Shown one piece after another: positions 22,386 through 48,735 of a stretch of 64,000 nt of DNA. The DNA is taken from contig MCFH01000002.1 in the NCBI GenBank assembly GCA_002104945.1, positions 1,426,001-1,490,000 on the forward strand, written 5' to 3'. The stretch comes from Piromyces finnis finn. Its lineage: Eukaryota; Fungi; Neocallimastigomycota. Position numbers and translations under genes: made by a program. Numbering within the stretch: position 1 is the first letter of the stretch; each line of letters begins with the position of its first letter. The notes under the pieces were generated by a model that saw only the letters and a program-made list of their open reading frames with translations, did not search any database and was not told where the DNA came from.

Positions 22386-25300
22386 TCTGAATTATTTTTT
22401 TTTAAATATTAAACTTCTAAAAAAGTATATATGTTTATTAAATAACAATAAGTGTTTATTGTTACTTTTTTTTTTTTTAAAATTGTTGTTGTTGTTATAT
22501 ATGTATATATATTGATTTGTTTTGTTATTATTAGTTCAGAAAAACTTTAAAAATTTTTTTTTGAATTTTAAATTATAAATTTATAAAGAGATAATATATT
22601 TTATTTAATTATTATACTCTTATTTTTTCTTTAACTTTCAAAATATTTTAAATTTATTTTAATTAATATATATTAAAATTAAATATATATTTAATAATAA
22701 TTGGGTATATTTTATTTTTTTTTATTTTTTGGTAGATTTACTAATTTAATTAGTATTTGTTTTTTTTTTTTTTTTTTTAGGAGTATATTTGTAATTTTAT
22801 TTTATTAAAGCCGTTTAAAGCCTTTTATTAATTTCTTACTAAAATTGGTTATATTATAAAATAAAAAAAGATAGTTATTTATATTCGAAAAAAGGTTTAA
22901 ATTGCTGTTTTAAATAATTAGTTGAATTTTGGGTTTTTTTTATAATATAATTTTATAATTAAATTTTTTTTAGAAAAAATAATTAATAAATAATTGAAAA
23001 TAAATATTCTATTTTTATTATGTATCACTATTAACAAGAAATTTGTAAAATAATCTTATTAAATTTTATTTTTCTATTCTTTCTAAATTTTTATGCTTAA
23101 TTTATTAACAATAATAAAAATTTAATACTAAACGTTCTTTCTATAATATATTTAAAAAAATGTTAATAATATATATAATAATAATAAATATTTCTCGTAT
23201 TATCTAAAAAAAAAAAAGTATAATAAAAAAACTAAATACTAAGGATTTTTAAGTTAAAAATAAAAAAGGTATATTCTTATTTAAAAACCATTTAATAAGT
23301 TATATTATTTCTATATACGATTGTATTTTCTTTACACTAATTAGTGTATTATTATTATACGTAAAGGTTTTATTATTTTCAATACTACTATTATATTTTA
23401 CTTTTTGAAATTCTTCATTTTTCAGAAATGAAATATAAAGAATGTTAAGTTAAAATATAACTAAGAAAAAAAAAACAATAATAATAATTTTATAATTGAA
23501 AAATTATATTATTTTAAATTATAACTATGAAATTTTAATTGCATATAAAAATTTTAGTATCTTATTATAGATAAAAAATTAATTTTTATTTATAAAATTT
23601 CATAAGCTATAATTTCATAATTCTATATATATTGCTTTTTTAAACTTTTTTCTATCTCTCTTAAATAATAATTTTCTATTATTATTACTTTTATATTTAA
23701 ATTTTTCAATGCTCTTTTTTAATAAAAAAAATATTATCACATTATTTATTAATTAATTTTTCTTCAATGTCATTTACATTCATCTCATTATTATAAAGTA
23801 AAGAAAAACCCTTTATATAATTAATCCCTCATTATCTTTTCTTTATATGAATAATTTTTCTAATAAAAAAATTATTGCTTATGATCCAACAAACAATTTA
23901 CATTGATTGTAGGATTTCCTTTTTTCTTTCACTATTTTTAAATTTTAAATTAAAATAAAAAAATTTTTTTTAAAAAATGTAGTATTATTATTTTGTTAGT
24001 TTCCTTGCATTTTATTTGTTAATAAATTATATTAAAAAAATCCAAATAAAGAAATACATTTACATTATAATTACATATACAATTAAATACTATATATGGA
24101 TAATTTCTACATTTTTAAAAAAAAGTCGAATCATATTTATTAATGTTAATATTTTATCATATAATAAATAGGAATAAATTGTATGATCTATTCATATAAT
24201 TTATATAATTTATTATAATAGAATTTAAAATATGACACATAACATTTTATTAAATTATTTAATATTTATTCTTTTTTTTTTTTTAAATAAAAAGCCTTTA
24301 ATTTTTTTTGGATAAGCAAATTTATTATTTGTAATACCTTAATTCTATATATTACAATGTAATGTTTAATATATGAATTTAATTTATATTAAAATTAATG
24401 TATAAAAAATGGTATGGAAACATTTTTATTATGTGTTATTTAATATATAAAAAATATATTAATTATTGTAAGATATATAATACAATATACTTTATATATA
24501 TTGTATTATATATTAAAATTAGTTGTATCACTTTATATTAACTAATTTAAAATTGTTTTTAAATCTAATTAATGTTTTACTAAATTAAAATAATAAGAAT
24601 ATTTAATTCTTCCTATATTCCTCTCCTATATTATTTTCTTGGTTAATTATCAATATAAAGTAATATAAATTAAAATGACTTTTTTTTTATATATATAAAG
24701 ACGCAGCAATGTTTCTGTGATAGTAAATAAAAATTATTCTATAGATTATTTAAAGAATGCATTTAGGATTATATTTTATACTTTTGAATGAAATTATAAT
24801 ATTGTGATAGTTCTATACAAAATGTTATATGTTAATTGACATCTTTTAATTCCTCTGATTAATTATTCTCTTTATTAATACCCATACCAATTTATTTAAC
24901 ATGAAATTAATTCAAATAAATATTATCATTATCTCAAAAAATATATATTTTATATGATAAGTTTTTTTTTTTTTTTTTTTAATTTATTGGCATCCTATCA
25001 TTATGTTTTTTAATTTAAGACATGTTTTAGGTAGAGTAATACAATAAAAATTGATAAATTATCAATGTTGTTTTTTTTTTGTTTGTATGCTTGTTTGTTT
25101 GTTATTTATTAAAACATTTGAGTAATAAATCGTATGATTACATTTAATATAAATAATACGGTAAGGAATATAATAATTTTTTATTCAAAAAATTCATGTC
25201 ATGCTACTTCGAATAGAATTAACAAACAATAAAAATAATTTATAATAATATTAAACATCAATAGTATTAGAAAAACATTTTCATCGTATTATTATTATTA

Positions 25301-27935
25301 TTTTTTAGTAATATTTTATTTTCTATGTAAAAGCATATAGTTTTCTTATTATTAATATAATATCAATTTAAAAAATATATGTATGAAATTTCAGAATTAA
25401 TACTATTAAAATATATAATAGTATTTTTTATTTATTAATAAATAATTCTTTTTAAATTAATAAATAATAATAAAAAAAAAAAAAACCTTCTGCAACAGCC
25501 ATTTTTTTCTTTAAAGTAATATTTAATATAAAAAAACATAAATTTCAATACAATCAACTAGTATGAAGAAGTTTTCTAATATTTTCTAATATTGTGTTAG
25601 TAATATAATACATTACTTAAAAAAAATCTAAATAATCAGCATCATTAAAATTAAGAAAAATCATTTTATAATTCTACTTTTGTTTTCAAGTTGTTTTTAT
25701 TACTATATATATATATATAAAAAAGCTAATTGATAATTGCCATAAATAGAAACTTTGTATTTAATCAAAAAAGGATAAATTTACCAATTTTTACAAGTTG
25801 TCTAAAATAAAATGTATCTCGCAGAAATTAATAATAAGGATACAAAATATATATATTCAAAAAAAAAAAAAAAAAATAGAATAAAAAATAAAATAGAAAT
25901 TAAACTAAATTATGTATAATAAATATCAATTGTTTTATTTTTCGAAATGTGTATTTATAAAAAGTAAATAAAATTATTTATACTTTAAACACCTATATTC
26001 TATATATTTGTTTTATTAATTCCAAATCATTTATAAACTAAATAAAAATTAATAAAAAGAGTAATTATTATTTTTATTATATTTTTCAATAAGTCAGTAC
26101 TATAATAAAAATTACAATAAATAGGAAACTTTGTGCTATTTTAACATTTTTTTAAATGTCACAAAGCTTATTTATTAAAAAAAAACAAGTATGTTACACA
26201 AAATCAATTAGCATAATTATTTAATAATATAATATATATGATAACTATTTTTACTTTTTTTTTTTAAATTTATTACATTAAAATTACTAATTCTATATAA
26301 TGTATCAAATACGTATAAAAAATAATACATTATTACATTATTACAGTATTCAATATTTATCTATGTAATATCCATAATATAAATAAAGTTTTTCAGAATT
26401 ATAATAATAAATAAAAAAAAAGAAAGAAAAAAAAAAAACTTTTAAACCTTATTATGTATGTTAAATATATTAAGCATTTAATATATAAAATATTAAAATA
26501 ATTAATATACATATGTTATTGAATATTATTATAATTTCGAATTAATGAAATTTATAATTTATATTAAAATTCAAAAATGTATATTCCAAAGATTTTTTGC
26601 ATTTTTATCAATTTTGTATAATAATAAACACTTACAAAATAAAAGGTATGTTAAAATAAAATTAGGTATTAATACTTAATGTTGATTATTCATTATTGCT
26701 TTAATACGAAAAGATCATATATATTCCACATCATATATTTTTCAAGAAATTAATTTTTTTAAAATATAAAATGACATTTTTTAAAATAATGAGAAAATAT
26801 TAAAACTCTGAAGTTTTAAAGTAGTTATCCAAAAATTAACTCTAGGTTTTATTAATATAGAATGGAACTAACTATGTTTTTTTTTCCTTTTTTAAAAAAT
26901 ATTTATTTGTTATTAGTATAAACAAATAATAATTGTTATCATTATTATTTATTATTATTTCAACTTTTAATTTATGACTTCTTATATAAATTAATAAATT
27001 ATTTTTTTTAAAAAAAAAAAAAACTCTTATTTTTTACCAATAAGATTTTGATTTGACCATAAAATTTTTTATAGAGAAAAAACTCCTTTAAAATATTCTT
27101 TTTTAGTTAGCTAAAAATAGAAAAAGAAAAAAAAAGGAAAAGAAAGAAAAAGGATTTAAGCCGATATAACGTCAAAAAAAAAAGGTAAATGCTATTTTAA
27201 AGGTTTAAAAAAAATAATATTTTATTATTTAAATTTTAATATAATTGTAATTTATTCAATGAAATTAAAAGGTTTCACTAAATTTATACAATATTTCATT
27301 AATAATTAAGTAAAATAAGTAAAATGAAATAATAAAATTTTACTTATTATTAATGAAATAAGCTTCTATTAAAAAAATCTTATTATCCAAATAAATCATT
27401 TTTTACTAAAATGTAATAATGATATAATGTGAAAAATTCTTTTTTTTTTTTTTTTAATATTATTATATTTATATAATAAAAAAAGTCTTTTGTATATATA
27501 TTTTCTAAATTTAAACATCTAACTTTTATTTGTTTTTATTAATATATTTAATATTTTATATTGTATATATATATATTACTTGAAAATGATATTCAAAAAA
27601 TAATAAAATCTATTAATACTATATTAATATTATATATCAATTACATTAATTATTGAATATTCAAATTTATTAAAAAAAAAAAAACATTAAAATGGATCCA
27701 TAAAACACAATATTCTTTATTATTTATACTAAATAAATCTGTAATTTTATCGTGAATTAAAAAAATGACTTGGATAAAATCCTATTTTTAATAATTAAAA
27801 TTAAAATTAAAATGAATTTCATTTAAAAATGAATGAATCCAACTCATAAATGTAAAAGTGTTGAAGACTACGACGTACTCTTAGATATATTTATTATTTA
27901 TACAGGTTAATATATATTAAATATTAGAAAAAAAA

Positions 27936-29078
27936 ATGGGTGAAGAATTTGTTAAAGAAAAATCCAACCATCTTGGTGTTGAATTAAAATTTGATGGAGA
28001 ACAACCAGGTGCTGTTGATTATTTTCAAATGGCTTTAAAGGAAAGCGAAGAATTAAAAAAAATAGATGAAGTTGAAGAAGGTGAAGAAGATGATAATAAT
28101 GATATTGATAAATTAGCTTTAGTTCAACAACTTTTTGAAAAGGCTATAGCTGCTTTTGAAAATGAATGGAAAGAAGTACAAAAAAAAGATATCAAGGAAC
28201 AAAGAGAATTTCTTGCTCAATATATGAATTGTCTTAAAGAATTTAGTTTCTGGACTAAATATACTGGTTCAATTGATGATGCAGAAGGTATTGCTGTAAA
28301 ATGGTTAAAAGATCATGAAAATGAAGGATATATTTGGATTATTTTAGCTAATATTCGTTTAGAAAAGGTAAATTTTTCGTATAATACATACTACTTTTCA
28401 AAAATATATTTATAAGCAAAAGAAAAAATAGGATTAATTAAAGTTATGGAATATGTGATCCTTTTTTTTTTTCCTTGCTATAACTAATAACTATTATGAA
28501 ATATAAAAATCAATGTTATCTTTGTAAACTAAACCTATAAATATGATATTCAATAAATTCAGATGACTATTCTTTATGAAAATGAAAATGATGCCGAAGA
28601 TGAAGAAGAGGAAGAAGAAGAGGAGGAAGAAGAAGAAGAAGGTAATGAAAAGAAATTTGTTGATAATGAATTACCAGAAAAAGATAAAAAATCATTGGAA
28701 AATATTAAAAATGACATAGAAAAGGTAATAATACTATTAATAATACTTATTTATGAAATCAATAAATTAAATCATATAGTTTTCATTATTTTTCATAAAT
28801 AATAAAAATAAAAACTAATAAATTATATATATTCAACATTTTAGGGTTTTTCCCTCTTAGAAAAAGAAAATGATAAAAAAATAATTTCAGAGTTATATGC
28901 AATGATCGCCAAATCATACTACGATTTTAGTGTTTGTCAACGTCAATCTTCTTCTAAGAGACAATGTAAGAAAAGAATAAATAATAATAATAATAATTTT
29001 TTAATATCATTAATATAATTAAAATAAAAATTAAAAACAAATGAAAACTAATGAATTTCTTTTTATTATTATTATTAC

Positions 29079-29111
<33 letters not shown>

Positions 29112-29844
29112 GAATACTACGATTATTTTTCTTTCATTAACCTAACAAAAAATATTAGGTATTTCCTGTATTGAAAATTGCCTTAATCACGCTATTAATT
29201 ATTGTGGTAAGGCGGTCGAAATAAGTCCAGAAGAATATGAAAAGGATGATTGGATTCAAGCTTTACCAGGTTTTGCTAATTATTATTTAGCTGATCTTTA
29301 TAATGAAAAATATAAGAATACGGATAAAGCTATGGTATTATATATATATTAATAAAATAAAATGATACTTATTTTTATAATATTATCATTTTAAATATAG
29401 TATTAATTGATTTTATTATTGTACAATTAATATATATATTATATATATAGGATTATGTTATGGATGCTATTGATACTGTCATGTCAGCTGAAGTACTTGC
29501 CAAGAAAGAAAATAAAATATCAGAAAGAGCAAAATATTTAGAAATGGTACATAATCTTTTATTAAAAATTAAATTAAATAAAAGGATAAAATTACTAACC
29601 TTTATAATAAAAAGATTGGACAATCCTATTTATTATTAAGTACTTTAACTGATGCGGATGAAGATGCTCTTGGTGCCTATGAAAATGCTGTTGATGCTAT
29701 GAAAGCTTCAATTCAACTTTGTCCAAGTATTTATACCCCCCCTTTTTTTTTTATTTTTTATTTATTATAAATGATAATAATAGTCTATTTTAGTCTCTAT
29801 AATTTCATTAATACGATATAACTAATCGATAAAAATTATGCACT

Positions 29845-29877
<33 letters not shown>

Positions 29878-30215
29878 TACTAGATGAAAATTTAATTAAC
29901 TTAATGATGGATATGGGTGAAATTAGTGTAAATGAAGATGGTAATTACGTCTTTATGAATAATCATGGTTGTCATGGAGATTGTGGAAGTTGTTCAGGTG
30001 GCTGCTGTGGTGGTGGTTGCTGTGATGCTAAGCTTATGGAACAAGAATCAGATGGCTGTTGTGGTGGCGGTTGTTGCAATAGTGGAGGTTGTGCCGAAAA
30101 AGAAGAATGTTGTATGAAAAGAAAATCAGAAGAAGAAGAAGAAGAAAAATCAAATAAATTTATAAAGAAAAATGATGGTAAAAAATGTTGTGGTGGTTGT
30201 TGTTGTCAAGAATAA
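27936..30215 (+). CDS. Acidic helical-repeat (TPR-like, possibly Nro1/Ett1-like) protein with Cys-rich C-terminal tail; 7 exons
   Basis: Exons 27936-28367, 28563-28724, 28845-28965, 29159-29334, 29451-29546, 29615-29726, 29884-30215, joined in frame by GT-AG introns. TPR-like helices (HAINYCGKAVEISPEE; ALGAYENAVDAMKASIQLCP). Tail GCHGDCGSCSGGCCGGGCC...KKCCGGCCCQE. The Nro1/Ett1 resemblance (IWIILANIRLEK) is weak, and the start codon is uncertain. Confidence 0.75.
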
Positions 30216-30900
30216 AGAAAAAGGACAAAAAAAAAAATACAAGAGTTTTTCTTTTTTCTTTTTCAATGAAAGCATAAGTTTTAAAATAAATAAATTAATA
30301 AAAAAAAAAAAAATTCAATTTAAATATAAATACTCCTTTTATTTAAAAATATAGTAATTTTAAAATATTTCAAAACTATCCGTTTATTTTTAAAAACAAC
30401 TTTTTTCTAATAATTTCGAAATAAAAACTATTATTTATCTCTTATATAATAAAATAATATTTATTTTAAATTATATAAAAACTTTAACTATTATTTAATA
30501 AAAAGTATGATTTTATTGCAAAAGCCTTTTTTATTATTATTTTTTTTTATTATTATATTAATGTGGATGATGTTTTTTTTATTTATTTTATTTTTATTTT
30601 AAAATTTTTAATTTTAAAAAAAAATTAGTTTCTTTAAAATTTATTTTTTTATTAATATGTTTTTATTTATTTTAACTTTCCTTTAAAAAAAATAAAAAAA
30701 AGTATATTATAATATATATTTTTTATCAACTAAATAATTATATATCTTTTTTTATATCATTGTTTTTTGTTTTATTTTCTTTTTTTTTTTTTTTTGGTTT
30801 TTTTCCTTTGTTTTTGTAAAAAAAAAAAAAATCGTTAATTCTTTTAGAATCTTGTCAGTTCAATTTTCATTAAAAACATTTCTTTATTAAGTAAACTTGC

Positions 30901-31797
30901 TTATAATAGTATGCAGGAAGACTTCTTCTTTCTGTTGGTTCGTACAGTTAAAGCAGCTCTGGTGGCACATTCAAAAACTTCATTGACACCATCTCTTTCT
31001 CTAGCGGAACATTCCATGTATTTGTAAGCACCAATTTGATCGGCAACAGCCTTACCCTAATTTTTTATTATATTTTATATTTTTATATTAATATAAAGTG
31101 TATTTAATTTACCTTTAAATATTATTAAACTTACTTCTTCGTAAGTAACTGGCTTTTGGTGAACCTTCTTTAATTCTTCAATAACTGCAGCATTGTTTCT
31201 TAAATCTTTCTTACAACCAACAAGAATGATTGGTAATCCAGAACAGAAGTGATAAACTTCTGAAACCCACTTAGAGGTTACATTATCTAAACTATCTGGG
31301 GAATCAACAGAGAAACATATTAAAATAACATGGGAATCTGGATATGAAAGTGGACGTAAACGATCATAATCTTCTTGTCCTATATGCCGTTTAAAAATTA
31401 ATATTTATTATTTACTTTAATTGATATTCTTCTTCTATTCAATAGTGTTTTGTTTATTTTTTATTACTATTAATTATTTTTATAAATTTTAATAATAAAT
31501 CAATTTACCAGCAGTATCCCATAAGGCTAATTCGACATGCTTTCCATCAACTTCGACATCAGCAACGTAATTTTCAAAAACAGTTGGGACGTAAACCTTA
31601 TGAGTTATTTTAAAATATACAATTAATTAAATATTCTTTAAAAGTTTTATTTTGTCCTTTTATAAAAAAGACTTAAATATTTTGCATATTTATTAACTTA
31701 CTTCTGGGAAAGTACCCTTGGAGAAAACAATTAAAAGACAAGTTTTACCACAAGCACCATCACCAACAATAACTAATTTTCGACGAATCTCTGACAT
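30901..31797 (-). CDS. RHO1: Rho1/RhoA small GTPase; 4 exons
   Basis: Exons 31797-31702, 31596-31509, 31379-31135, 31056-30901 give [42 protein letters not shown]...[21 protein letters not shown]...ECSA...CILL (CAAX). Confidence 0.97.
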
Positions 31798-34444
31798 TCT
31801 GTATCTATTTATTTATTTATATATGTTAATCACTTAATTATTCTTTTTATAATTTTTCTAATTTTTTTATTTATAAAGATCTGCATTATTTTGTCTATTT
31901 TCTTTCCAAACTTTATTGATTCTTTATAAAATAAATATAAAGTATTTTATTTTTATCATATTTTTATCACTTTTTTATTTATTTTTTTTTTGTTTATATT
32001 GTTTATTTTTTTATTATTTATTTTTGTATAAATAAATCATTAATAAACAGTTATATGATTATTTGATGTCTATTAAATGTTTTTGATTTATTAACATCTA
32101 TTTATTTATTTATCTACTTTATATAAAGTTCTATTTATTAATCTAATTTTTATTATTTTTATTTTGTCTGTTGAATCTACTTTTGTTTATTTGTTTATTT
32201 TTATTATATTTTATTTTTTGATTATTTTTTATTTATTTATTTATTTATTTTTTTATTTATTTATCTACTCTTGATTTGTTTATTTTCTTTTTATATATTT
32301 TGTTTTGGCGTAATAATATACTTTTTTAAACTTTTATTTCTTTTGTTTATTGACTCTTATTTTTATACTCAATCTAAACAAAGTAGATCGTGCTTTATTT
32401 ATTTTGATGGAAGAATTATTAGATTGATTATATCTCTGTTATTCTTAGTATAGTTGATTTTAAAAGAACTCTGAATATTCTATTATTTATTTAATTATTC
32501 ATATATTATAGATATAAATGGTTTCTTTAAGCTTCTTTGTATATTATATTATGATTTTTACCTATAATTTCTTTAAATAAAATTTATTTATTTTGTTTTT
32601 TTTTTTTTTTTAATTTTTTTTTAACAATAAAAAAAAATTATATTCTATAAAAAAAAATTTTATAAAAAAAATAAATATTTTTAATATAGGAATTAATGAA
32701 ATTTTAATAATATATATATAATAGTATATAATTATTATAAACGAGTATATATAATATTAATTATACTATTAGATAATAATAATAATACTATTTTGGATTG
32801 ATGATAAAGATTATTATTACGAATAAAAAAAATTTCTTTTTTTTTCATTTTAATATTATTTAATCAATAATTCATTATGTATATACATAAAAATACGTAC
32901 CAAACAACATTTCTTTTCCTACAAATATTAAGGATAAACTACATTATTCTACATTTTTATGATATATATTATATTATATATTAAATAGATGTTATAAACT
33001 TAATATATTAAATTATATATAATATTAATTTGTTGATATAAATATTAGCATTTTGTATATTAAAAAAATTATATTATATATATTAATAATATGCTTTATA
33101 CAATATTTTAATATTTATGTATTATAAATACTTTAATTTTATAAAATTTAATACAGTAATTTATATATTATAATATTTTCAATATATTAAAATAGTACAT
33201 CAATATTAATTTAAATTTCATCTAATATATAATATAATAATTCAAAGTATATTTCATATATTTTTAATCTATGATTAATTGTTTTCTTTAAACACAATTA
33301 ATAATATATTTGAATTGCAATACAATTTATTATTTATTATGGATATATTATGGATATATACTTCAATATATAATTAATATATCATTCTATATTTATCTCA
33401 ATAAGGTCTTAAATGGAAATTAATAACAATTAATTTCTATATATAATAAAAATATATTTAATTATGAAAATAATTTATAACCAAATTAGGGAAGAATTTT
33501 TAAATCCTATTTATTTTATATATATGATTTATATATTTTACTGCCATTTAAGAATGTACATTAATGTATAGTTCACATATATTAATTTATTATAAAATAA
33601 AAAAGATTAATTAAAAAATGGTTTTAATAACACTAATATATGAAATAATAAATGGTAAAATAACTAAAATTTAAATACTAAAAAATAAGAGAAATTTTCA
33701 AATCACAATATATTTTTATTCTTATTGAATATTATAATTGAATAGAATTTATATATCAATTTATTTATAACAATATATTTATAATATATCTAGAAATAAT
33801 AGAAATAGTATGTTATTTAAATATAAATATATAATAAAATGAATAATAATTTTAAAACATAAAGGTTTGTTCATCCTCTTTTTAATAATATAAATAGGAA
33901 ATAAATTAATAATATATAAATAATAATGTTATTATTATTATTATTATTATTTTTACTATATTGCTATTATCACGTATTACTTGTTATTCCTATAAATAAG
34001 CATAATTAACTCTCTTTCTATTAGCCTTGGTAAATTAATTATAATAATATATTATATTAACTGGTAAAAAGGAAAACACACAAAAGAAACTCTATCATAT
34101 GTAGTAAACACTAGTTAACATTACATTAATAAATATATATCGCTAATTATTTTAATGAAAATCTTTTTGATAACAAAATTTCGTCTTATATACTGAATTT
34201 TGTTACTAAATTCTTTTGTCCATTCAATAATTCTAGACTTTTGTTACCCATAAAAAATTAAGTTGTATTATCCATTCACATTTTTTGAAATAATTTAATT
34301 GTTTTATTAGTAACTATGAAAAATAAAAAAATTATATATATTGTATTGGAACTACCACTACTTGGATAATGCCAAAAAAAATATTGATTGTTTCTTCTAT
34401 AAAAAAGATAAAACAGCAATATAAAGGATAAAGGATTAATGGAT

Positions 34445-34810
<366 letters not shown>

Positions 34811-36704
34811 GTAATCATAAAAATACATCATAATAAATTAGGTTAAAAAATATTTAGAAAACTACATTATTCCTCATAAAATATAAATGCATAAGCATAT
34901 TAAATATTGATAGAATAATATCTATATTAATAATAATCTTTGTAACACCATAATATAGAAACTAATCCTATTTAACTTTACTCTCAATTATTAATTGATA
35001 AAGAAATAATAGCAACAAATTATTGTCAAAACAAACATAGTTTAAAATAATATAAAATTATAAAAGTTTAAATTGTTTAAAAAATAACATATGAAAATCA
35101 AGTGATATTTAGATGTTAAATGAAATAATTTATGACAATCTCGTTTAAAAAAATGTAAAAACAAAATTATTCCAAATGCTATTAATGGAAAATTAAATTT
35201 AAAATGACAAAAAAAAAGGATATAAACCACATGTTCATTATGAATTAAAAAGCAGTGATATTAATGAAAGGAAATGTCTATATCACATGCATAATATTTA
35301 ATTGGTTATTAATATGTAAAAATGTATTTAATCAGGAGGCTAAAATAATGTAATCCATCCAAAAATAATTTAACTTTTTAATTAAAAATGTAAAAGTTAT
35401 TTCTATAATTCCATAAACCTAACACAATACAAAGTCAAAAATAGGTAGAATAACATAAATACATAAAATACTATTTTATATGAAAGTATTAAAATTATTT
35501 TAATTATATACTGCTTTGAACTTTTTTTTTTAAATAATAGTACAATTAAAATGTATAATATGTATATATTTGAAAGAACAATTATTGTAGTATTATTTTT
35601 GAATAAACGTTTTATATAAATTATAATATAAAAACCTATTTTCAATATTGATTAAATAGTTTTTAATGGCCATTAAAAAAAATTAAATATTAATAAAAAT
35701 ATACTTAGCTGATATATTTTTATTATATATTTTTTATTTACAAAACAAAAAAAAAATTAAAAGTATTATAATTTATTATTATTGCTATTTCAATTAAAGA
35801 AATATTAATAAAAATACTAAAAAGTTATATCGAACTTTCATAATAATTTAAATAGTTAAAAATAATTTTTTTATATTTATTTAATGTTTCAATTTCATAT
35901 TAAATTTATCCTTCAAAACTATTTAAAGTTTATTATTTTTTTTTATTATTATAATTTTTAAACTACTTTATCCTAAAAAAGAACAAAATAAAAAATAATA
36001 TTTTTTGGTAATATGAATAATATCAAAAGCAGAAAAAAAAAAAAAAATAGAGGAGATATTTAAATGTTGATAGTATTTTTAAAAAACATTTATTCCTTTT
36101 TTTATGTATTTCGCACAAACTATTCCTTTTTCAATATATATTTACATTTTATTTAAAATAAGAAATAGTCTAACCTTAACTTTTTTTTGTAAAAATAAAA
36201 AATAAAAATTATAAATCTTAAATAATAATAAGATATTTAATGGACATCCAATTATTTATAAATATTCAAGATATTTCTTATATTCTAATATTAAATAATT
36301 TATCCAACATTATTGAAAAATAATGATAAAATCAAAGTAGTCATAATACTTATTTTTCTCTTTTAAAATTATAGGAAGACAAAAATCTTAATCTTAATTT
36401 ATAGTAAAAAAATGCTTGTAAGACAAAAATTTTTTACTATGTATATATTTAAAATATGTAAAAAAAAAATTGGAAAAAATAAAAATAGATTATTCTTTTA
36501 TATTTATATATATATATATATGTATGTATGTATAATATATAAGTTATCTTATATAATATTAATAAAGAATATATTCTTTGTATATTTGTTTTACAAATCT
36601 ATCCTTTTTTTTTTATACTTACTTTATACTTAGAATTTAAATTTAAATAATCATTAATAATATTAGAGAAGAATTGTACATAGATCTTCCGTATAACTAT
36701 AAAC

Positions 36705-44987
<8,283 letters not shown>

Positions 44988-45619
44988 TGATTAAAATTAA
45001 ATTTTAAATTAAAAAATATTAATATGTTTTAAGCAACTTAACTTGTAAAAAATAAAACTTTTATTTTCAATTTCTAAATATATGTAAATATTTACTATAC
45101 TACAAAAACTATAAAAAATAGAAAATAATAATAAATAAATATAAAACATTAAAATTTATTTCTGTTATTATTTTATGTCACTAAATATTATAAATTTAAA
45201 AAAAATTATAAATCCTATAAATTCTTTTAAAATTTATATATTATCAACTTTTTACATACTTTATATAAATTTTATTATAATTATCTTTTTAAATAAATTA
45301 TATTGTATGTTATGTTTAATAATATTAAAAAATTTTTTTGCATAAAAGAAAAAGAAAATATATTTATTAATTATCAATAACTATGATAAAAAAAAAAAAT
45401 TAGATAAGTTTGTGTGAATAGTATTGTATTGAAACAATTTACATGATTAAATATTAAATAAATTTGAAGGAAAAAAAAATAAATAGATAATGATTGTTTT
45501 ATGTTATTAAAATATATATATATATAATATATATATAGGTTACTGAAATTAACCTTTTTTGTTTTTTGTTTTTTGTTATTTTTTTTTTTTTTAACATAAA
45601 TAATATTTAATTTTTTGTT

Positions 45620-47638
<2,019 letters not shown>

Positions 47639-48351
47639 TTTGATTTATGTCTTTTCTATAATTATAATGAAATTGAAATTGAAATATTAAACATTATACT
47701 TTATGAATTATAAAAGTTCAATATGTAAGAGTGTAGAAATAAGACCTCTTTAACTTTTATATTTCTAAATTATATTGAAATTATTATCTATTTTTATTGG
47801 TATTTTATTATATTATTTATTAATGAAATCTTTAATATGAAACTTTAAAAAAATAATTTCATAAAATGATAATCAAATATATTAAAATATTATTCTATCT
47901 AAAAAATTAAAATATTGGGACAAAGTATAATAATTACTTTGAGAAATAACTATTGTACTTTTTTTTTTCCAAAAATCTATGATTAATTATAATATTATAA
48001 TTCTGAATATTTAAAATTCCTCAATATTAAGTAATTGATAAATATATTTTTCGTCTGAGTTACATAAAATAATATTGAAAATAGTAAGTATATATAAATA
48101 AAACACTTTTTTATTCTATATTTAATGAATTTCTTATCTAAGTCAAATATGATTAAGAAATCTTTCTATTAGAACTATTTTCAATAATTAACTTTCAGTA
48201 TATTTTTATAAATATTATATAAATATATCCTCGAAGCCTTTATGTTTGTTTATTAATATAAAATTTATGTACAATTTGTTACTATATATTTTTTCTCTGT
48301 TTTATATTGTTATTGAAAGTATAAATTATGATTAAAATATATATATATATA

Positions 48352-48408
<57 letters not shown>

Positions 48409-48631
48409 TTTATTATTTTTATTACTTTTTATAATTTTTTTTTCTTAATTCAAAAGTTGTCTTCCTTTTTTTGTGTGCGTATGTGTATATATGTGTGCTT
48501 TCAATAATTTTATATTTCAATATTTCAATTTCACTTCACTTTTTTCTTTTAATTGAATAAAAAAAAAAAGTATTAAAAAAAAGGAATAAGATAAAAAGCT
48601 TTTATTTATATTTAAATTATTGAAAATTACC

Positions 48632-48634
48632 CTT

Positions 48635-48729
<95 letters not shown>

Positions 48730-48735
48730 TTTTTT
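48632..48735. repeat. (TTTA)n microsatellite
   Basis: Directly visible; similar shorter tract at ~50550-50605. Confidence 0.9.

Noticed and set aside
27833-27874. Possible upstream exon MNPTHKCKSVEDYD for the TPR-like gene
   Set aside because: Splicing to the AG at 27927 leaves 8 A before the ATG (out of frame); plausible only with a homopolymer error, so not included.
22400-27900. Short ORFs and possible elements in long AT-rich intergenic regions (also 1-5200, 32271-36400, 47700-51000, 57800-60700)
   Set aside because: Only compositionally biased short ORFs, homopolymers and microsatellites; no repeats, TIRs or recognisable motifs found by eye.
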